64,000 nt of DNA from Octopus vulgaris (lineage: Eukaryota): NCBI GenBank assembly GCA_951406725.2, contig OX597822.1:46624001-46688000 (forward strand), given 5' to 3'. Positions 25,442-39,449 of the stretch are shown in pieces; position 1 is the first letter of the stretch, and each line of letters starts with the position of its first letter. A model generated the notes under the pieces. The model was not told the DNA's origin and did no database searches. It worked only from the letters and a program-made list of their open reading frames with translations. A program made the position numbers and the translations under genes.

Positions 25442-27284
25442 ATGACAGCAGTGATAGTCCTAAATTCAAATCTTCCACTGATTCTTCAGCATGAAATAAA
25501 ATTGTACACATTCATAAATGCTTGCACATGCACACACTTTAATTTTGAGCTGCATAGCGTGTATGTGTGATCTGTTATTTTCTCCTTGCCTTGACTTTAC
25601 ATGATAGTTGTAAATGAGTTTATTGTCATAGAGGTTGTGTTCTTTGTTCTCAATCTTCCCTGAAAACATGTCTGGTGATGGGGAAATATTACCTTACTTG
25701 GAAAGAGGTGAGGTTGATGACTGGAAGGGCATCTGGCCATAAAATATCTGTCAGTGAACTCCAAGCTACGCAAGCATGGAAGAGTGGACTTTAAAACAGT
25801 GATGATGAGATGCCCTGTAAAATAAGTTGTAATAGGAGTTAAATGTCATACACGGTGTCAGCTTCTTAACCCATTAGCATTTAAATTGGCCATGTCTGGG
25901 CTAAATATCGAACCTGTTTTATGTTCAGACTTGCCAGATCTGCCCTCTCATACCTACAGGTTCAGTTCCATTGTGTGGCACCTTGGGCGAGTGTTTTCTT
26001 ATTACAAGTGTGTACTAGCCAATGCGTTTTGAGTAAATTTGGTAGGTAGTAACTTTGTGGAACCCATGACTAGCAATTTAACAAAAGAGATAGAATGAGT
26101 ACCAGACTTAAAAAATAAGCATTTGGATTTATTTGTTCAAGCAAATTCTTCATAGTGGTGCCCCAGCATGGCTGCAGGCCAATGACTAAATTGAATAGAA
26201 AATAAAGGCATTTTTGTGAAATGGCTGTGTAGTACCTGTATACATTTTCAAAGTGGCAGGTTTAGAATTTGTGTGCATGAGATTAGTTGTTGATTGATCT
26301 AGTTTTGAACAATCTTAAAGTCATGCAAACACACACTGACACGTGCTAATACAGGTTGACACTGATTTAGAAGTTCCATACGGCAAACTTTAGTGCTTCT
26401 CACATTGTTTGCCACAAGACTGGTTTTATTTTGTGTATTGTTTAATACTCCAGATAGAAATCTGGCTGAATCTGGTACTGAAATTTATTCATACTTTCTG
26501 CAATAACTTGTCCTGCAAATTTGAGTTTCCTGTGTCCAAAATCGCATTGTGGTATTCTGTTACATCCCTTACAGTGTTGATGAAATAAAGGACTGTTGTT
26601 GTATAGTAAATTTGTTTATACCCTCCCTGAAATGTGGGTGGCTTTGTACTAATATAATAAATTGTGACTCTTGTGTTGTACATGTTTAGTATAAAAATGC
26701 AGGCATAGCTCTGGATTAAGAAGCTTGCTTTGCACCCACATGGTTTCTGCTTTGGTCCCAATGTGCAGTACTTCCTTTATAGCCCTGCTGATCAATGTCT
26801 TGTAAGTAGATCTGATCAGTGGAAACTGTATGGAAGCTTGTCATGTTTGTATTTATATCTCACCTTTGCTGTTGACAAGAGTTAGTTTGTTGAAGTCCCC
26901 TTAACTTAAGTTTGGCAGACGAGACTGTTAAGTAAACCCTTGAAGGTTGTGCCCCAGCATTGTCACAGTTCAGTGATTTACACAAGTTAGGGATTTAGTA
27001 TGAGTTTGTATACAAAGCAGGGTGGAGGGGATAAATCAATGACTTTGTTGTAGACTTTATCCTAATCACTTTAAAGCACACAAATAACGTCACAAAGCAT
27101 TTTGTTGAATGACATATCATCAAAACAAATTTTCATTGAAAGACTTTTAATTAAAGCAGTTGCTGGTTGATTGCACTTCATTGGACAGACATTTTACGGA
27201 AACAATTTTTCATATAATATTTTTGTAAATATATTATTTTCTACAATAATTATTTTCTTTTGTACAATTTTAAATATAGAACAA

Positions 27285-27403
27285 AAACTTTCCTGAAAGT
27301 TTTGTCCGAATCCATCCAGCGGTTCTTGAGATATCTTGTCCACAGATAAACAAACAAATATGACTGAAAACAATACCTCCGCCTTTACTAAGCTGGAGGT
27401 AAT
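27285..27403 (-). mobile_element. 5' fragment of a Helentron-associated (HINE-type) element
   Basis: Homologous to the 5' end of the 48107 element; contains the acctccgcc...ggaggt palindrome. Confidence 0.65.
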
Positions 27404-27449
27404 AATCTTTAACATAAAATAGTGTGGCAGATTCTAGTGTCTTTTAACT

Positions 27450-27812
27450 TTTACTGGTTTCAGCCATTTGGCTATGGCTATGCTGGAGCATTGCCTTGAA
27501 GGATTTTAGTCAAACAAATCGACCCCGAGGACTTGTTTTTTTAAGCCTAGTACTTATCCTATCAGTCTCTTTTGCCAAACCGTTATGGGGGATGTAAACA
27601 CACCAACACTGGTTGTTAAGTGTGGTGGTAGGGGACAAACATATACATACATACAACGGGCTTCTTTCAGTCTTCATTTAGTAAATCCACTCACAAAGCA
27701 TTGGTTGGCCTGAGGCTATAGTAGAAGACACTTGCCTATGGTGCCACACTGTAAGACTGAACCTGGAACCATATGGTTGGGAAGCAAGCTTCTTATCACA
27801 CAGCCATACCTG
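27450..27812 (-). mobile_element. Family A tRNA-SINE (antisense)
   Basis: Reverse-complement copy with both tail and head. Confidence 0.8.
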
Positions 27813-28027
27813 TACCTGCCATGCAGCTTGCAGATTCTTTGTTTTAAATGTGTGATTTTGTAAAATTATTTTATCTAAAGTGCTGGCACATCTGTAGGTT
27901 AAGAAGTTTGCATTTGAACCACATGGTTTTGGATTCAATCCCACTGCTGGGTACCTACTATAACCCTGGGTTAACCAAAGCCTTGTAAGTGGATTTGGTA
28001 GACAGGAACCACAAGAAGCCTGTTGTA

Positions 28028-28060
<33 letters not shown>

Positions 28061-28877
28061 TACAACTTTGCTTCTATGACAATGATGCTTATTTACAATG
28101 TGATATCTAGACAAGAGTCAACATATGCACACGACAGGCTTCTTTCAGTTTCTGCCTATCAAATTTACTGCCAAAGTTTTGGTTGTACTGGGGCTATTGC
28201 AGAAGACACTTGCCCAAGGTGTCATGCTGTGGGACTGAACTGGCGACCATACAGTTAAGAACCAAGCTTCTTGACCACACAGGCATCTACTTTCACCTGT
28301 AGCCAAGATGGAGGAAAAAAAAAAAGCTTGAGATAACTGTTAGTGGTTTTTCATATATGTTAGCTACAAAACTGTCAACAATGTAATATGTTGGGGATGT
28401 GACAAATAATCAATATGCAAAAGTTGAATGTCTACTGATGGAAATGTAATTAAAAATCAATCAACTACAATCATCCACCAGATCCAGCACACATTGAAGT
28501 GGAAAACACAATATACAGAACGGAAGGAAAAGCTGCCATCTTGGCTTAATAGATATCAGCTATCATACAAGTTATCTCACACAACTTTCCCCTAATGGCT
28601 GGTGAGGGTGATGCAATGAAAATGCTAAGATTCTGATGGTGGTAGTCTTAAAAATGACCAACATGTCATAACCAGAGGAATAGAATTTGTATTGAAAGAA
28701 GACTATGAAAATGGTCTTTTTTTTATTTTTTCATTCCACAGAAATCTAGATTGGCTTGCTCAGATCTATGCCTGGTTCAGTGATAAAACATTTGATGTTG
28801 CTCCAGCTGGCATTCAGTTGTATATACCAGTCAGGCTTTGTAGTAAATGTATCTCACATTGTCCTTCTGTTTTGTGC

Positions 28878-29073
28878 CAGTGGTTCCTTTGGGCCCCTTT
28901 GAGTCTTATTTTACTGGCCCTCCATAACCTTTCAATAAATACTAAAAAAAATCTTACTGTATTTTTTTATAAAAATAAGTGTTAAATATTTTGTGTATTG
29001 TAAAAGTATAACCAATTTATTATAAATATATTTTAACAACAAAATCTTATAAGGACCCCAGTCGCGAACAACT
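28878..29073. mobile_element. Possible hAT-type MITE
   Basis: Termini cagtggttc / gaacaactg, with subterminal gggcccc/ggacccc motifs and an AT-rich core. Confidence 0.4.
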
Positions 29074-29449
29074 GGTCTATGCTGTTACTGACATGGTTTT
29101 AAGACATGATTGTTGACCCTACTGTTCTCTGCCCCCTCCCTTTGTCTCTCTCGCTCTCCCTCCTCCTCTGTCTTTGACACATATTCACATCCGCCTTCTG
29201 AATGCTCATATACAGACAGTTAGACATATTCTTAACGTTAATGAATAAAATATTCACACTCTCTAATGCACGTCTATACAAATTTCATTTGTTCACATGT
29301 GTGTGTACACACACACACACACACAATATAGACATTTTACCATCAGAAATTGGAGTTGGCCATACAGCTTTTTAAAAATAAAATATTTGAATTGGGACTC
29401 TATTTTAGAACTCTTGTTTGGATCAGAACTCCATCTGTTTATCTATCTT

Positions 29450-29620
29450 CTCTACCCACTATCCCTGGGATGCTTGTCAGAGTAGGGTCCTCAGGTGCCT
29501 CCTCCATGGGATCCTAAGAGAATCTTCCATCATTAGATTTTCCAAATGGATTCTCAAGTGTGTCTGACTGGGGATATTATCCAACCATCTTGTTCTTGGG
29601 TCTATTCCTAGGTCTTGCTT
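29450..29620 (-). mobile_element. RTE-type LINE 3' end fragment
   Basis: The minus strand encodes PRTRWLDNI, typical of the RTE C-terminal GRPR..W.D motif. Confidence 0.5.
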
Positions 29621-30207
29621 GTTTGACTTGGCTTTCCTAGAGATAAAATATTTACAAATTAATATATTTAAGAAACTTCCTGTGATCTGTATTCTATGGA
29701 TAAGTAATACAGCATTTTCATGTTTTTCTATGTAAGAAGCTCACTTTGCAACAATATGATTTTGGGTTCAATCCCACAGCAGGGCTCTTTAGGCAAGTGT
29801 CTCCTACTATTGTTCTGGATCGACTAATGCCTTGTGAATGAATTTGGTTTGATGGAGACTGTGGAAGCTACTTGCGTATGTGTGTGTCTTAGTGAGTGTG
29901 TGCATGTGTGTGTCTCTCTGTCCGTCTGTCTCCCCTCCCCTCCCACCAAGTGCTTGACAATTGGTGTTTGTTTATGTGTCTGCAAGTTAGTGCTTCAGTA
30001 AAATAGACCAATAGAATAAGTACCAGGCTTGAAAAATAAGTACCGAGACCAAGTTGTTTGACTAGACCCTTTAAGTGCTCCAATATGGCCACAGTCCATT
30101 GACTGAAATAAGTAAAAGATGAAAGATAAATCTTGTTATTCGTGTGTGCATCCACATACATATTGTCAAATCATATAAAGTGAAATTAAATGATCAAATC
30201 CACTGCA

Positions 30208-30436
30208 TTAACCCTTTTGATACTAACCCGGCTGAAACCACCTCTGGCTTTGTAGTACAAATGTCTTGCTTTCATAAGTTCTGAATTAAAATCTTCCACC
30301 AAACCTTAGTCACAATTTATGTTCCTAACACTAGCTTAATGATAACTAAGTTATTTTACTAAATTCTTTGTTATATTTAAAATAATTGAAAGAAGCACAG
30401 ATCATCTCAACAGAAATATGATAACAAAAGGGTTAA
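30208..30436 (+). mobile_element. TTAA MITE family P1
   Basis: TTAACCCTTTTGATAC...ATAACAAAAGGGTTAA; highly similar to the 10583 copy. Confidence 0.88.
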
Positions 30437-30793
30437 CTCCTTAGCATTCAGATTACTCTATCAAATATAATTCATATTGTTTTGAATTAATCCTGCATTA
30501 TTTCCATAGCTTTGATATTTTGACAATGTGATTGATTATTTTTAGAATGAAGGGCATCCTCGTTAGGAAGGGCATCCAGCCGTAGAAACATTGCCAGATC
30601 AGACTGGGCCTGGTGCAGCCTTCTGGCTTCCCAGACCTCAGTTGAACCGTCCAACCCATGCTAGCATGGAAAGCGGACGCTAAACGATGATGATGACATT
30701 GTAGGGTAGGTGTGAGAATCCAGATCTTGTTGGTTTGAATGTAAAACAGAATATCTTGACTGCATAGCATCAGTTTAAATGCTAAAGGGTTAA
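30433..30793 (-). mobile_element. TTAA MITE family P2, sharing a TTAA with P1 and containing an RTE-tail insertion (30551-30696)
   Basis: Ends gctaaagggTTAA. The internal sequence tttagaATGA|...|cattgtagggtagg is split by aggaagggcatcc...gatgatgATGA. Confidence 0.82.
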
Positions 30794-30959
30794 CTCGCAT
30801 AATCACATAAAGCTCTATTGTAGCTACCCAAAGCATGCTGATGACACCAAAAAGTTATTTGGTGCAATTTGCAAGTAGTTAAACATAGAGAGCACAGTTG
30901 ATTAGGATTATTTTCTCTAAATGATATGATTTAGAATGCATTGTTTTCCCTTTGTTTAC

Positions 30960-31330
30960 TTTTACTGGTTTCAGTCATTAGACTGCAGCCATGCTGGGGC
31001 ACTGCCTTGAAGAATATTTAGTTGAATGGATTGGCTTCAGTACTTTTTTTTAAAAAACCTGATACTTATTCTGTCAGTCTCTTTTGCCAAACCTCTAAGT
31101 TAGAAGGATGTAAACAAAATAACACCAGTTGTCGAGTGGTGGTGGGACAAATGAACACACACACACACATGATGGGATTCTTTCAGTTTCCCTCTACCAA
31201 ATCCTCTCACATGGCTTTGGTCAGGCCAAGGCTATAGTTAGAAGACCCATGCCCAAGATGCCATGCAGCTGGATTGAACCCTGAACCATGTGATTGGGAA
31301 GGAAACTTCTTAGCATGCAGCTACACTTGT
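30960..31330 (-). mobile_element. Family A tRNA-SINE (antisense)
   Basis: Reverse-complement copy. Confidence 0.75.
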
Positions 31331-32071
31331 GCTTATGGATTATGATAATGGCTGAATAAATGAGATCTCTACAAGGCCATTTGAACTACTTGTAATAGCA
31401 TCAAACTCTCCTTTGAATCATCTTATTGGAAGTTCACGTTGAATATTGTTGTCTTAGATACTGTATGAAAAAAAGAAAGAAAAAAAGGAGAGATGTTCAT
31501 GGCTGGAATGTTTCAATCATAGGTCTGTGCTGATCTGTGACTCAATGACAACAATAACATTTTTATCACTCATTTTAATGTAAAGTTATGTCCTCATGAT
31601 TATCTTGAGGATTTGTTCAGCTTTGGTTGTATAGCAGAAGCAGATTGGTGGTAACTCTTAGGTGTATAGAACACCTGTCTATCAAGGTAACATTCATAGC
31701 TGATTCAATACCTATTGATGATAATTAGGAGAACTGCAGTTTTCTATCCAGAAATACAATCAAATGCTTGTTACAGATTTGAACTCAAGACCTTTGCGAT
31801 AGGTAGGCTAGTGCTTTATCCTGTTGGATATCTAAAACAGAATAGCTGCCTTTGCTGGAAATCAGACCGAGTCTCCAGTCTGAGGATATATTGATATCTT
31901 GATTCACACGTCTCTGCTGCAACAACCCATGGGTTGTGGCAGTGGTCCCCTGCTCTTGTCACCACTATTCTTGAAGACCCTACAAAAGGCAAGCATATTG
32001 TTCTTCCTTCTCTAATTAAATCATTAGTTTGCTCCCTTACTGATTTCACTCCCTTATTTTCTGTGCATAGG

Positions 32072-32495
32072 GGCAGGCATGGTTCTGTGGTAAGAAATTT
32101 GCTTTCTAACCATATGGTTCCAGGTTCAGTTCCACTGCATAGCATCTCATGCAAGTGTTTTCTATTATAACTCCAGGCCAACCAAAGTCTTGTGAGTGGA
32201 TTTGGTTGGCAGAAACTGAAAGAATCCCACTGTGTGTGCATGCGCACACGTTACTGTCTCCTTGTCTTGATGATGAGTGTCACCATCATGCAAGCAGCCA
32301 CGGCCTTCATTTCTTATCTTCCATGAAAACATTCTTGGTCATGAGGAAATATTACCTTCCTTGGAAACAGGCGAGGGTTGGTGACAGGAAGATTATTCAG
32401 GCATAGAAAATCTGTCTCAACAAATTCCATCCAGTCCATGATAGCATAGAAAAATGGACATTAAAATAATAATGATAATGATGATGATGATGGTG
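32072..32495 (+). mobile_element. Hybrid SINE (family G): family A tRNA head with an alternative body and an RTE-like (ATG)n tail
   Basis: Head ggcatggttctgtggtaag...ggttcagttcc, then ttggaaacaggcgagggttggtgacaggaag...agaaaatctg...catg...(atg)n. Similar copies lie at 48560, 52130, 57520 and 61895 (+), and 35620 and 54710 (-). Confidence 0.8.
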
Positions 32496-33690
32496 GTGGT
32501 GGTGGCAGCGGGTTGTTGCGAGACCTTGTTGACATAGTTGTCCATATTACTCTAATGTAGAAATTTGATGACTCCAGAAACATTTGTCAAATCATTTCAT
32601 TTTGTTCCATAGCATTTTTTGTTGTTGGGGCACTTGGACTGTTATTTGTTTTACCAATCTTTCCTATCCATTACCAGTCTTGGGTATTATCCCAATCCAC
32701 AACTCACTGAGTCAGTCCCTCTTTGCTCGCTCTCCTTTTCTGTTCTATTTTCTCCAACTTCAAACATACTGTTTTAGTTGCACCCTCAATTTAGTGTTAA
32801 ATCTTGGTACAAAATTTTTTTCCTTTCATATTCTTACTTGATTTTAGCTTTACTCCATGTATAAGTCACACTCCATTTCTTTCCTGTCAAAATCGAGTAT
32901 AAAATAGTGTGATTTATACACAAATAATTGCGGTAATTGTATTTGCAAGTGACCCAGTCATGTGTGTTACTGATGTAACCAAACTACTACTTCACCTTTC
33001 TGTCTTTCCAACTAATACATTATCAGGAAGAAAACTAACATTTATACAATAGATATCACTTCAGACTTTATTTACATAAAGCTTGAATCTCAATTTAATT
33101 ATAAGGAAGCAAAGAGAAAGAAATAAAAAAAGAGGGAGGTGTATGCCTCAGAATAAATTACATGTTTGGTCATGCCCAGTGGACAAAACCGCAGTGGCAA
33201 ATGGCCAGCGACACTTGCTGCTGCAGCCACCCTACCTTGTAGGGCTCATTACTTAGACTGTGGTTATCTTGATTTTACAGTTGAAGGGGCTCTGGTCCAA
33301 TAAAACAATGATTAGAGGTGTTCCAGTCATGGCCATCCAAGCTGCGATGTAGGAACAACACTTCACATTAGGCTGTGTATTGTTCCTTAAGATAGTAATG
33401 TGTATTGACTGAAGGGAATATTTGGCTGTGATTTCTGATAACTGGAATGGTAACGAAGAGATTCCTGTATTGGTTTGCAACCGTCTATGTATATACTGCT
33501 GTTGGTATATTTCATGGCTGTAACCAAGTGCAGCACTGTAATTGATTAGATTTGGTTCTGAGCTCAAGTCATCTGTAGGAAGTGACTAGAGCTATAAAAC
33601 AACATCAACATATACATGTAATGTCTACAAGAGATGTAGGTTCAAATCCCATGGGCAGCCTACAACTTTTTCTATCCAATATATATTGTA

Positions 33691-33922
33691 GAGCGGTGAG
33701 CTGGCAGAATCGTTAGCACACTGGGCAAACTGTGTAGTGGTATTTCGTCCGTCACTACGTTCTGAGTTCAAATTCTGCTGAGGTCAACTTTGCCTTTCAT
33801 TCTTTCAAGGTCAATTAAATAAGTACCAGTTATGAACTGGGGTCAATGTAATCAACTTAGTTTCTTTGTCCTTGTTTGTCCCCTTTATGTTTAGCTCCTC
33901 TGTGGGCAATAAAGAAATAAAT
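33691..33922 (+). mobile_element. tRNA-SINE with Nin-like central domain
   Basis: ggtgagctggcagaatcgttagc...gagttcaaattc (B-box), then gcctttcattctttcaaggtcaattaaataagtaccag (Nin-like). Antisense copies lie at about 22060-22230 and 35345-35552. Confidence 0.78.
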
Positions 33923-36900
33923 ATATATATGGTATATATGCACATTTTCATGCCAGTAATGAAACCTGTATGTGGTTACTTGATTTGCTAGAAACAGCAG
34001 CCATATCTTTCAAATCACTTTCTATTGTCATACTGAAGTTTTGTCTTGATATACACCTTAATCTGTGAAATCGAGTGTGAATGGTATTATCCTGTCTTAT
34101 ATTTTTACTTGTTTCCTTCATTGTGTCCTGCCTTGAAGGGTTTGGTTAAACAAATCAACCCCAGTACTTATTTCTTAAAGGTACTTACTCTGTTGGTTCT
34201 TTTGCTGAACTGTTAGGTTACATGGACGTAAACAAACCAACACTGGTTATGAAGTAGTGATTGGGGACAAACACTAAGACATACTCACTTGCACGATAGG
34301 ATTCCACACAGTTGCCAAAATTATTGCTCCTTCCAGCTGGACTGAGCGAGACAAAATTTTCAAGTCATATTTTTTATATGAAGTTTCATTCACTTAAAAA
34401 TGTAATTAAACAGGTTAATGTGAGGGTTAATCTGTGCGATTTGATTTATGGTGCTAAGCTGTTCTAAAATTCAGCTGTCACTTGCAAGTAAGGGTGACCT
34501 GGTAGCTTGTAGAGCTTGTAGCAGGCTTTCATTAACTGTTTCAGGTGTTTGTAGTTGTGAACAGCTGTATACACCCACTTGACTCTCCCAATCATGACTC
34601 AGCAGAGCAGAACAGAGACACAGAGAGAGAGAGAGTGAGTGAGTGAGTGAGTGATGGCAGAGAGGAGAGGGAAGAGGGTGGGGACTGCACCAGTAGTCAT
34701 TTTAAGCTGTGTAGAGTGAAGTAATGAGGAATGAAGTACCTTGCTCAAGGACACAACTTTTCACCCAGTCCAGGAATTGAACCTACTGTCTCACAGTAGG
34801 TTCACGTGCATATTTGACAAGCTTCTTTCTGCTTTTGTCCATCAAATTCACTCACAAGGCTTTGCTCAGCCCCTAGGTGTGTTTGTGTGTGTGTATATTT
34901 TTCTTATCTGAATTTAATTATCTTGATGACAACATTACAGCAATGATTAACAGAAGTAGGATGTTAGAGATGACCTGTTTAGCTCAATGATATATTGATT
35001 GTCATTGTGAAAGCCACTAGAAATGGAAACAGTTATTACTCTCGTAGCTAAGACAGCAGCTGCTATATATATACAAACATCTTTGAGTGCATCCAAAGAA
35101 GACCATCCGACTGATTAGCATAGTTGCCTGCTGACACACTGCAACCTCTTCCTGACAGAAATGCTCTCATCTCACTCTGCCTTTTCTACTAGAATCCACA
35201 TACCCCTCTGCATGTTGTGTTCAACTTCCGGCTGTGCTCTAACCCTTCTACTCTGTCCATTTTTTTTCCTCCCTAGAATACCACCCTTCTAAAATTTTCA
35301 CAACTAGCAGCTGTTCTGGAGTAACATCAACCATGAAGATATTTTTTACTCTAGGCACAAGGCCCAAATTTTTGGGGAGGGGGCAGTCGATTACATCAAC
35401 CCTAGTATACAACTGCTACTTAATTTATCAACCCCAAAAAGATGAAAGGCAAAGTAGATATCGGTGGAGTTTGAACTCAAACATAAAGACAAACGGAATA
35501 CCACTAAGCATTTCGCTTGGCATGCTAACGTTTCTGCCAGCTTGCTGCCTTGGCACATCAACCATGAAGATATTACTGCTATAAGAAGGTCTGTGATGAC
35601 CTTGTGCATAGTTTCTTTCATCATCATCATTTAAAGTCCATTTTTCCATGCACGCATGAGTCAGACAGAATTTGGTGGGGTAGATTTTCTATTCAGATAC
35701 GCTCCCTGTTGGCAGTCCTCATCTGTTTCTAAGTAAGGTTATATTTTCCCATGACTAAACAGGCATTCATGCAAGATTGGTAATGAAGGAAACCACTTTC
35801 ATAATGCTGGCACTTATTTACAACTACCATGCAATGTCAAGGTCAGGAGAAAGTAACACACACACACACGACAAGCTTCTCTCACTTTCGGCCTGTCATT
35901 TCCATTCACAAGGCTTTGGTCAGCCTGGGGCTGTAGTCAAAGATACTTGCACAAGTGGTTCTACACATTGGTATTGAACCCAAAACCCATGTGGTTGGGA
36001 AGCAAACTTCCTAACAGGCTGCTATGCCTGCTCCCTTTCTCTATACTAAACCCTATATGAGAGAGAGAGAGAGAGAGAGCATGGCTGATCAAAGTATTTT
36101 TCAAAGTCATATTCAAATACACACCTGATATTATTTTAGTTATATAAGAGAATTAAGCCAGTCACGATGGTCCCCCACAGATAGTCCAGGTTTGTACAGG
36201 TGTACAAAACCTGGAGCTAAGTGGAGTGAGATTATAACTTTCTCTCAGGATCGATATTCTTACAACTGTTGTTTTCCACACGAACTGATCTTTCATGTGT
36301 CTCTCTCTGTCCCCTCTCTCTATATATATATATACATACAAAGCGATGTTGTTTGTTTCCAGTCTTCCATGGGAAATATTTCTGGCCAGAGAGAAATGTT
36401 ACCTTGCTTGGAAGTAGGTGAAGTAGGTTTGGTGAGAGGAAGGACATCTGGCCATAAGAAAATCTGCCTCAACAAATTCTATGTGGCACATGGATAAGTG
36501 GACAGTAAGTGATGGTAATGAGGATGCACCCTTGGAGATGAATTTTGCAAAATCACTCAATCCCAGCTAATATACTTCTTCTCTCAGATTGTATGGAAAT
36601 CAAGTCTGCGACTGGGTCATTGTTAGCAATATCATTCCCCATCTTCCTCCTCCTCATCATCATTTAATGTCCATGTTCCATACTGGCATAGGTTGGATGG
36701 TTTGGCAGGATTGGATGGGTTGAAGGACTGCATTGAGCTCCAGAGTCTACTCTGGTATGGTTTCTACAAGCTGGATGCTGTTATAGAAAGGGGTGATGTA
36801 TAATGATTGAATTCTGCACAGACCTCAAGCATCAAACACTCACTAACAGAAACCCAGAACTGTTGGTACAATGAAAGGTAGGTCTGATGAAATTATATGG

Positions 36901-39449
36901 ATATTATAATTGGAGTAGATGTCACTTGTATTGAACACATGAGATGGAGGGGGTGCTTCAGCTACACTACTAACAGGTAAAGAAGACAAATACAAGTTGC
37001 CTGTATAGACTTGTGTACATGTTTGTATATGCATATATGAGTGTTAATCTGTGTGTGTATATACATAGCTGCGTGGTTAAGAAATTCAGTTTGCATCCTC
37101 ATTTTTATCAAATTGGGGTGAAAGGAAATATAGCAGTGGCAATGATTTGCTAAACACTTTTTCAACATGCTCAGCAAAAATTTTTCTCTGGTGCTTCTTA
37201 GTCCAGTTTTTGATCAGATAACCCCTGATTTTCAGATGCTCTCTTTCTAGTTGCAGTGCTTTTCTCCATTGCAGTTTAGAACTTAGATCAATGGCAAGGA
37301 CATTAAATGGTTGATTGCTTAATGAATTTAGATAAAGTACACTGAAATATTCCATTAATGTGCTTCTGTTTTTATTTCTTGGCAACCAATTTATACATTT
37401 CCTTGTATTCCCATTAGCTGTATTGTGTTATATTAAAAAAATTACTATAACAAATATGTTTGTGAACTTGTTTGTAGATAAATATAGTAGCTTTGCGTAT
37501 TATGTGGATTCATGAAGTTTTGTCTTTGTTTATGAAACATGTTTCTCTCTTCAAACATATGAATATTGTGGTTCCATCAAATTGACAATTTTCATATTTT
37601 TAAAAAATCTTTTTATTTTTTACTTGTTTCTTTCATTGGACTGCAGCCATGTTGGAGCACCACTTCAAAAGGTTGAGAAAGGTTCAGTTGAACAAACCAA
37701 GCCCATAACTTAGTACAAAAGAGAATGCTTGCGTTTGAGGTATCGAATGGGGGCCACTGCTCAAGCCATTGGGCAGTGGCCTTGTGTTGGAAAGTTGGAG
37801 AGTTCCGGTGTGTTCATGGCCAAGCGTTTTCATCATCAAGTCCGACAATCACCATTGCTAAGACTATCAGGCAGTGGCTGGGTGTGGTGGTCCGACATGA
37901 CAGTAATCAGTGCCGCTTTGACCATTGTGCAGTAGCCTGTAGGTCGAGCTGTCCATCCAGCCCAAGACATGTTGTGCAGAATGCCCAAGTTTCATAGCCT
38001 AGTTATGGGGATGTAAGCAAACCAACACGGGTTGTCAGGCAGTGTGGGGAGCAAATATAAAGATGTACTCACATATATTTGACAGGCTTCTACACAGTTT
38101 CCATCTAACATAATTCACTCACAAGGCATTGGTCAGCTATAGTAGAAGAAACTTGTTCAAGGCGCCATGCAATGGGACTGAATCCAAAATCACTTAGTTA
38201 CTCGTGGGTGCTGCCCTTCTCTAATTAAGTAATAAAAAGGATATTGCAGTTACAGCCAGTTCTTCTGGGTGGAAAACTGTGCATGATATTGTTAGAACAT
38301 TTCTGGTAATGCCTTTGTCTTTGGCTTAGAAATTTATTGGATCTTTCTCTTTCTCTACATATAGTTTTCCTTAGTTAACCATCCTGAAGAATGAGAATGG
38401 GTGTATTTTTCAGTTGGTATTTGCAGATGGTAAGGTTTCGCTGTTGTTCTCTTCTGTTTTTATTGTCCCTTATTTAATTCTGGGATTTCATATATTTTCT
38501 CTTTGACTTGTATCAGTCATTGTACTGTGGCTATACTGAGGCACTGCCCTGAAGGGTTTAGTTGAACAAATTGACGCCAGGACTTATTTTTTAAATCTAG
38601 TACTTATTCTATTAATCTCTTTTGTTTAACCAATAGCTTATGGCGACATAAACAAACCAACATCATTTTGGTGTTGGGGGGAACAAACACAAACTCACAC
38701 ACATGTTTGACAAGCTTCCATGCGGTTGGAAAGTAAACTTCTTTAATCCCATAGTCTTGCTTGCAAATTGAGATGTTTAGGTTGTTTTTGTTTTTCTTTT
38801 CCTAATCTTCTGTAATTATAATTGTTTATTGTTTGTATCCATTCCTTCACTTCATGGTGAATATTTTAATATATTCATCTTTTACCATTATCTCAGAATA
38901 TATGAAAATTGCATCAGTAAATTGCTTAGCTAGTTCAAACTTTTATTGTTTGCCTTGTATTTTTTGTTGAAAGAAAGCTTTGACCACCATATTTTCTTTT
39001 AAACCTGATGTAATAGTTCTTCATCAGAGTATATTTTGTATGATACATTTTCATAAATATCTAGATATTTGCAGCATTAATTTTATGGAATAGGGGAGAT
39101 AGAGATTTTATGCTAATGGCTTTTGTTCAGAAACCAATTTCTGCGCATTCAACTAACATGTGTGAACATTCCTTTTGGCCAAATTCCATCTCTATGGCAG
39201 CTAAAATGTTATTACATCCAACTATTTTTCACCATTGTATATTTTACAAGAGTAGATTTTATCAGATTGGCAACAGAAAAAAAATTATGACTATTTTACA
39301 TTGGTATTTCTTGTTGGCGTAGACTTATACACAGCCACTGGAAATGACTGAATTTAGCTTACATTTTCTCATACATGCTGTACATATAATATTTAGTATT
39401 AAGCATTTGATCATGTCTTGTCTTTGGCCCTCAACTTCTGCTGGAGTTG

